The notes under the pieces were generated by a model. The model had not been told where the DNA came from. It did not search any database and saw nothing but the letters and a program-made list of their open reading frames with translations. A stretch of 64,000 nucleotides of DNA from assembly GCA_934700615.1 (NCBI GenBank), contig CAKUXR010000003.1, positions 15,536-79,535 on the forward strand. The letters run 5' to 3'. Position numbers and translations under genes: made by a program. Source of the stretch: an uncultured Bacteroidales bacterium (GTDB lineage: Bacteria; Bacteroidota; Bacteroidia; Bacteroidales; UBA932). Below, one piece after another: positions 58,981 to 64,000 of the stretch (position 1 is its first letter; each line of letters opens with the position of its first letter).

Positions 58981-59119
58981 TATGTTTCAGCGCTTTACAC
59001 GGAAATATCTTCATATTCCGCATATTAACACATTTGTTTAACAGCATTGTTAACACGCGAATATAGCATTTATTCTGTTACATTGACACAAAATTTTCAA
59101 TTATCTGATTATTACGAGA

Positions 59120-59584
59120 TTATTCAGCGATGACTTTCCAGCGGACGCGCCAAATTCCGTCATTGAAATCATGACTTATAATCTTGAACTCCCCTATTTC
59201 TGATGTATTGGCCACATGGGCTCCGATACATGCGCAATCGTCATAGTCTCCGATACTTACTATGCGCAGGGTTTCCGATGCATCATCAGGCAACTTGCTG
59301 AGGTCCACGATGTCAGCGGCCTCTTCCTTCGACACGAAACGAATAGTAACCGGCAGTGCAGCATTGATGATTTCATTGACCTTGGCCTCTATTGCGGCAA
59401 CCTGACCGTCCGTAGGACAGGTTTCGAGGATGTAGTCGCATTTGCTTTTCTTCCGCTCGACGTGGGCATTGCGGGAACGCGGGCACCCGAACATGTTGAC
59501 CATCGTGCGGTTAAGGATATGCTCAGCCGTGTGCGCCGGCTCATATTCAGCTTTGTTATGTGAATTCAAAATTGGCTCTTCCAT
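59120..59584 (-). CDS. AlaX-S-like alanyl-tRNA editing domain protein
   Basis: Zn-binding HxxxH (HTAEHIL) and CxxxH (CIGAHV) motifs of the AlaRS/ThrRS second additional domain. Start preferred at MEEPILN (59584) over the upstream ATG at 59629. Confidence 0.7.
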   Translation of the reverse strand: MEEPILNSHNKAEYEPAHTAEHILNRTMVNMFGCPRSRNAHVERKKSKCDYILETCPTDGQVAAIEAKVNEIINAALPVTIRFVSKEEAADIVDLSKLPDDASETLRIVSIGDYDDCACIGAHVANTSEIGEFKIISHDFNDGIWRVRWKVIAE

Positions 59585-59652
59585 GACAAGTGTTATTTTC
59601 CCAAAGATAGCACATTTTCCATTCTTCACGAAATGTGCTAAATTTGAGCAGA

Positions 59653-59877
59653 TTATGATTGATGCTCCTTCTGGAAATCATAATATAGAGCAACAGGACC
59701 AAGATGCCATAACTTAGTGGATTCCTGTTCCAACCTCAAATATGTATCTGAGGAATACAACAATTTCATGGCATCCACTATAGTTATGCCTTTGTCTTCA
59801 GCCAACATGGCAGCCATCCAACTTAATTTGGAGGGAAGAAGCAGATAAACATTTTGCTGTGTAATTTTCATATTCAT
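59653..59877 (-). CDS. DUF3791-like small protein
   Basis: Size and position 3' of the DUF3990 gene, with weak similarity to the upstream DUF3791 member. Confidence 0.5.
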   Translation of the reverse strand: MNMKITQQNVYLLLPSKLSWMAAMLAEDKGITIVDAMKLLYSSDTYLRLEQESTKLWHLGPVALYYDFQKEHQS

Positions 59878-60356
59878 AAGGTAACCTCATAAGCTCCTTT
59901 AAACCTGACATAAAGAAGAGACCTGTCAGTATGAAAAAGATACTGATCAACAAGCCTATATGCTTTAAGCTCAGCAATCAAAGTCTGCTTGTCGATTAAG
60001 CCGCCTTCATATAAAGCAAATGCCGCATAAACACGGTCATTGGCCACAGGTCCATAAACTATATCATATTCGTGGTGAAAGTTCTTCTGTGTGCGATTCT
60101 TCATTACGAAATCCACCCATTCCTCAGTAGGAGCATCAAACACAAGAGCATTTAAATTTTTAAGCGCATCCTCTGCCAATTCATACTCGCATATATATCC
60201 GCGCAGAACTTTCTTCTCGTCCATCTTTCGCTTAACCCAGGCCTCCGCCTGTTCGTATGAGGTCGTGGTATAAAAACCGCTGCCATAGTCAAGAGTTCGA
60301 TTTGACTCCCTAATCTCAGGAGCCACAACCTTTTCCAAACTACCATGAAATATCAT
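59874..60356 (-). CDS. DUF3990 family protein
   Basis: MIFHGS ... LDYGSGFYTT N-terminal signature of DUF3990. Confidence 0.7.
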   Translation of the reverse strand: MIFHGSLEKVVAPEIRESNRTLDYGSGFYTTTSYEQAEAWVKRKMDEKKVLRGYICEYELAEDALKNLNALVFDAPTEEWVDFVMKNRTQKNFHHEYDIVYGPVANDRVYAAFALYEGGLIDKQTLIAELKAYRLVDQYLFHTDRSLLYVRFKGAYEVTL

Positions 60357-60357
60357 C

Positions 60358-60663
60358 CTACTCATTCGACTGTCTCGTTCTAATAAATTCATCTATATCT
60401 TCTAAAATCCACCGGCTGTTTTGCGTATGCAGGACATCGAAATGCTCTGCCAAATAATCCAAAACATTGTATCTCGAAAATAATTCCATCGCCGCATAAC
60501 CACTCAGTCCCTTTTCATTTTTGTATTGTTCAATGCAAAATGAAAGAAAATATGCTACATCTTGATTCTTATTATCCGCCATAACATTATCAGCCAGAGC
60601 TAAAATATTGTTTTTCTTCTGACTCTGCGAATATAATGAGAATTTATCAAAAAGCACATACAT
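60358..60663 (-). CDS. DUF3791 family protein
   Basis: VLHTQ ... ILEDI C-terminal signature of DUF3791. Confidence 0.6.
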   Translation of the reverse strand: MYVLFDKFSLYSQSQKKNNILALADNVMADNKNQDVAYFLSFCIEQYKNEKGLSGYAAMELFSRYNVLDYLAEHFDVLHTQNSRWILEDIDEFIRTRQSNE

Positions 60664-60717
60664 GAGTCAATTACAATCTATACACACAAGATATCGATTG
60701 AATATTATTAGAAAACT

Positions 60718-61725
60718 TTATTCATTCAGGAAGCGGGAGACAATTCTGACGGACTCCTGGAACGCGGCAGGCTGGCCAGGGACAGTGATAAAGAGATGTG
60801 TCGCAGTCGGAAATACATGATATGAAAGAGGATGACCAAGGTGCTGAAGTCTCCGGGCTAGTTCTGCCGTCTGGTCGAAAAGTATATCATGTCCGGCAGA
60901 AATGATGAGTACAGGAGGGAGTTCCGCCAATGTCTCATCGCTGGCCAAGCCCACGGATATCAGAGGATTACGAGAATCTCCGGCAGAATACGCCTCATTG
61001 AATGCTTCCAGAAGCTCGGCATCATCACCATAACCCCGGGCATACTTTTTCCAAGATGTCGTGACCTCGGTGAAAAGCTTTGTCACCGGATAAATTGGAA
61101 TCACCTTATGGACACAGGTCAATGACATTGACGCAGCCAGCGCCAAGTTTCCTCCTGCGCTGTCGCCTCCGATGGAAATTCGCGACGAATCGCATCCCCA
61201 TTCTTCCGCATGTTGTTTCAAATATTCAAATGCCTCAATGCAGTCATTCAGCGGCATTGGAAACGGATATTTTGGCGCCAGACGATAGTTAAGCGCTGCT
61301 ACACAGCAGTCCCCTGCTTCGGCCAGTGCCGCACAAAAGCGGGCGCAACTGTTTATGCTTCCGAAACACCATCCTCCGCCATGGAGATAAAGCAACAAAG
61401 GACGTTTACGTTCAATGGCATTGACAGGAGAAAAGAGGCAGATGTCCGGCGTAACATACTTGGATTCAACAGTTTCCGGCAGCACAGGCGCCTGATTGCG
61501 GCTCTGGCGGATTTGTTCCAATGCTGAATAGTCTCCTTTCATGGCGTCGCGTACAGCCAACATCTGGGTGTGCTGCAACCCAGGCCTCATACTTGCCAGA
61601 AATGCAGTTTCTTCAGTCTGCATCTGCCGCTGGAGAGCCTTATTCGGGCAGGTCTGTCCACTGGCATTGATCATAGAGAACAAAATGGAGATTGTTGTCA
61701 ATATGCTGATAATTGTGATATTCAT
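60718..61725 (-). CDS. Secreted alpha/beta-hydrolase fold-3 esterase/lipase (HSL/arylacetamide deacetylase-like)
   Basis: Signal peptide; oxyanion HGGGW; nucleophile GDSAGG. Confidence 0.85.
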   Translation of the reverse strand: MNITIISILTTISILFSMINASGQTCPNKALQRQMQTEETAFLASMRPGLQHTQMLAVRDAMKGDYSALEQIRQSRNQAPVLPETVESKYVTPDICLFSPVNAIERKRPLLLYLHGGGWCFGSINSCARFCAALAEAGDCCVAALNYRLAPKYPFPMPLNDCIEAFEYLKQHAEEWGCDSSRISIGGDSAGGNLALAASMSLTCVHKVIPIYPVTKLFTEVTTSWKKYARGYGDDAELLEAFNEAYSAGDSRNPLISVGLASDETLAELPPVLIISAGHDILFDQTAELARRLQHLGHPLSYHVFPTATHLFITVPGQPAAFQESVRIVSRFLNE

Positions 61726-61881
61726 GGTACATTTATTATTACATCGGACGCCTTAATTGCAATCCATCAGGCAAAGATAAATTCATTTTCGGTATTTTCT
61801 CAGGTTTACTAAACCTAGGAATCATTTTTGCAGCGAAATGCAGGTTTGGAAAAACAACACAAAACATAAAAATCTGTTGAT

Positions 61882-63519
61882 ATGAAAAAATTATTGTTTT
61901 CACTTCTGGCCGGTTTGGCCATGGTGTCATGCGCTAATGACACTGTAAGTCTGCAAGTCAAGACCAAACAGGGAACTCTGGAAGGTTTTGACCAGAATGG
62001 CGTAAAAACATTTTTGGGAATTCCTTTTGCGCAGGCTCCTATAGGAGAGCTCCGCTGGAAAGCTCCGCAGGCTCCGCAGAAATGGGAGGGCGTACGAGAG
62101 GCCAAGACTTTCGGCAATGACCCTATGCAGCCCAACCTTTTTGGAGACATGTCGTTCAGAGGTCCAAAACGCAGTGAGGATTGCCTATATCTGAATGTAT
62201 GGACAACGGCCAAGACCACCAAGGACAAGATGCCTGTCCTCATCTATTTCAATGGAGGCGGTCTGATGGCAGGTTCCGGTTCCGAACCACGTTATGATGG
62301 AGCCGCCATTTCCAGAGAGGGTGTAATCGGCGTCACGGCCAACTACAGGGAGGGTCTTTTCGGATTCCTGTCCCATCCTGAACTTACCGCAGAATCGACT
62401 TATGGAGGAAGCGGAAACTATGGTTTCCTTGACCAGGTTGCAGCTATCGATTGGGTAAAGGACAATATTTCCGCTTTCGGCGGAGACCCTGACAGAATCA
62501 CTATAGTGGGTGAATCAGCCGGTTCATTCTCAGTCAGCCTCCTTATGGTTTCCCCTCTTTCCAAGGGCAAAATCGCCGGAGCAATGCTCTCTTCTGGAGC
62601 CGAGGTTATCCCTTATGCAGCTGTACCTCAGGCCAAAGCAGAGGCAGAGGGCAAGGCGAATCTCGAGAGCAAAGGTTTGATGAGCATAGCAGAGGCAAGA
62701 GCTTTGGATGCTGACAAACTTCAGGAACTCCTCCCTCCGACCGGGATGTACAGCGTCGTTCTTGACGGTTACTTCATGACAGAGACTCCTGACACCATAT
62801 ATGAGAAAGGTGAACAGGCAAGAGTTCCGCTCCTTGCAGGATGGAATTCTCTTGAAGGTTCCCCTCTTCAGGCTCTGGCCGGTCAGGAACCGACTCTTGA
62901 GAACTACAAGAAGGCCATGTCCGCAAGATTCGGAGACATGACCGATGAGATTTTCGAAGCCTATGGTCTTCTTACCGATGCTGACATAGTCAGCCAGAAA
63001 GGCATTGACCTTGCTTCAGATCTTTTCACCGGTTTCCCGACCTGGAAGGTATGTGATTATCATGCAAAGACTTCCGGCCAGCCGGTTTACAGATATAAAT
63101 ACAATCATCCGCGTCCTGAGGTCTCAGCCAAGATGGGCGACAAGGTAGCGGCTCTTGCCGGTGGCGTCCGCGAAAAGACTGCTGAAGAAAAGGCTGCCGA
63201 GAAGAAGCCTGCTCCTGTCATCAATGGTGCGGTTCATTCTGCTGACATTGAATATGCAATGGGCAATCTTTCCACCAATGAATATTATGCGTGGACTGAA
63301 GATGACTACAAGATTTCAAAGCTGTTCCTGAGTTTCTACGCGAATTTCTGCAAGACCGGTAATCCTAACGGCGAGGGACTTCCTGCCTGGACTCCTATCA
63401 ATGATAAACTGGATGCCGCTCCTGTGATGCAGATTGACATTGATTCAAAGGAGGTTGCGGATCCGGCCCGCGAAAATGCCTACAGGACACTGGAGAAATT
63501 TTACCGCAGCCGCATGTAG
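61882..63519 (+). CDS. Carboxylesterase type B family protein (lipoprotein)
   Basis: Signal peptide with Cys; type-B carboxylesterase nucleophile elbow GESAGS; 545 aa. Confidence 0.9.
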   Translation: MKKLLFSLLAGLAMVSCANDTVSLQVKTKQGTLEGFDQNGVKTFLGIPFAQAPIGELRWKAPQAPQKWEGVREAKTFGNDPMQPNLFGDMSFRGPKRSEDCLYLNVWTTAKTTKDKMPVLIYFNGGGLMAGSGSEPRYDGAAISREGVIGVTANYREGLFGFLSHPELTAESTYGGSGNYGFLDQVAAIDWVKDNISAFGGDPDRITIVGESAGSFSVSLLMVSPLSKGKIAGAMLSSGAEVIPYAAVPQAKAEAEGKANLESKGLMSIAEARALDADKLQELLPPTGMYSVVLDGYFMTETPDTIYEKGEQARVPLLAGWNSLEGSPLQALAGQEPTLENYKKAMSARFGDMTDEIFEAYGLLTDADIVSQKGIDLASDLFTGFPTWKVCDYHAKTSGQPVYRYKYNHPRPEVSAKMGDKVAALAGGVREKTAEEKAAEKKPAPVINGAVHSADIEYAMGNLSTNEYYAWTEDDYKISKLFLSFYANFCKTGNPNGEGLPAWTPINDKLDAAPVMQIDIDSKEVADPARENAYRTLEKFYRSRM

Positions 63520-63558
63520 TCTTTCATTGACTTTTATGCGGTTTTCGCAAAAAGATAC

Positions 63559-63566
63559 TATATTTG
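63559..63566 (+). promoter_or_regulatory. -7 promoter element TATATTTG for rnpB
   Basis: TAnnTTTG match about 35 nt upstream of the predicted mature 5' end. Confidence 0.4.
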
Positions 63567-63599
63567 CAGCCGCGTCGGAGACGACGCACACAAACCAAA

Positions 63600-63970
63600 G
63601 AGTCAAAAGGTGGGACGCTCTATCGCGCTGGCCATATGGCCGGTGAGGAAAGTCCGGACAGGAAAGGGCACCCTGCTGCGGAAAGCGCAGATGGGAGTAA
63701 TCTTATGAAACCGTAACAGAAAACAACTGCCGTCCGATACCGGATGGCGAGGGTGAAAACGTGAGGCAAGAGCTCACGACGTCCGTCAGTGATGCCGGGC
63801 GGGTACGGTACCAGGGCCTGCAAGACCAAATATACTGACAGATGAGGACTGCCCGTCCGATGTCAGGGGGTAGGTTGCGCAGATAAATGATAGGGATAAT
63901 AACAGAAACCGGCTTACGGCCCCACCTGCAGAATTAAGGTGACTGAAACAATGTTTCGGCCACCTTTTTT
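63600..63970 (+). ncRNA. rnpB: RNase P RNA (bacterial type A)
   Basis: Universally conserved GAGGAAAGUCCGG (63644-63656); ACAGAAA and AGGGUGAAA ... GGUAAGAGC-like regions. P1 pairing aaaaggtgg (63605-63613) with ccacctttt (63960-63968), followed by a T-run. Ends are approximate (+/-15 nt). Confidence 0.8.
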
Positions 63971-64000
63971 AGATTCTGATTTGCAGACAATATCCATTTC

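Noticed and set aside
58981-59119. Possible TetR operator (repeated ttaacac / gttaac motifs)
   Set aside because: Only loose direct repeats and a 6-bp HpaI palindrome. There is not enough symmetry to call an operator.
61815-62243. 142-aa minus-strand ORF overlapping the start of the carboxylesterase gene
   Set aside because: Antisense to a strongly supported gene, with no features.
1-64000. CRISPR arrays, tRNA/rRNA genes, integrase/transposase genes
   Set aside because: No regularly spaced short repeats were seen. No tRNA-like T-loop motif (GGTTCGAATCC-type) was found. No ORF has recombinase or transposase signatures, including inside the repeat-flanked island.

Overview
The window looks like a Bacteroidales chromosome segment. 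Evidence: a SusC/SusD pair with a divergent hybrid two-component regulator, TAnnTTTG -7 promoter motifs, no Shine-Dalgarno sequences, and many SpII-type lipoproteins. GC alternates between about 50% core DNA and AT-rich patches of about 28-38% GC.

Layout, low to high coordinates:
1. 0.1-4.6 kb: a 754-aa protein with a C-terminal TerD-like domain, then a DUF1643 gene, a small-alarmone-hydrolase-like HD protein (3452-3949, minus) and a YgbA-like Cys-rich protein.
2. 4.6-23.5 kb: a polysaccharide utilization locus. It holds HTCS, SusC, SusD, a 1132-aa N-terminal-domain+TPR protein, two tandem beta-helix paralogs and a GH2 enzyme.
3. 23.5-28.7 kb: a lipoprotein cluster. It includes an apparently frameshifted 540-aa gene, two small paralogous lipoproteins and a fimbrillin-like plus FGE/SUMF1-domain protein.
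4. 28.8-40.5 kb: mixed housekeeping and regulators. These are an AraC-type membrane regulator, an SDR, an ECF sigma operon, an HD-MsrA fusion, a HepT/MNT toxin-antitoxin pair, an S28-like peptidase, two AT-rich paralogous lipoproteins, aspA and an Fe-ADH.
5. 40.6-43.0 kb: an NPCBM-like secreted protein.
6. 43.07-52.06 kb: an AT-rich island of about 8.9 kb bounded by imperfect 117-bp direct repeats. Each repeat re-encodes the last 14 codons of an ABC-2 permease gene. The cargo is an HTH regulator, an AlbA_2/HATPase_c_4 ATP-binding protein, a WG-repeat protein, two secreted proteins and an alpha/beta hydrolase. No integrase is present.
7. 52-59 kb: a TetR-controlled ABC-2/HlyD/TolC efflux operon.
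8. 59-64 kb: AlaX-like editing protein, a DUF3791-DUF3990-DUF3791 triad, two esterases and RNase P RNA (rnpB).

No CRISPR array, tRNA, rRNA or transposase was detected. The candidates most worth follow-up are the TerD-fusion/DUF1643 pair, the repeat-flanked island and its ATPase module, the HD-MsrA fusion, the unknown-function members of the PUL, and several structured intergenic repeats.
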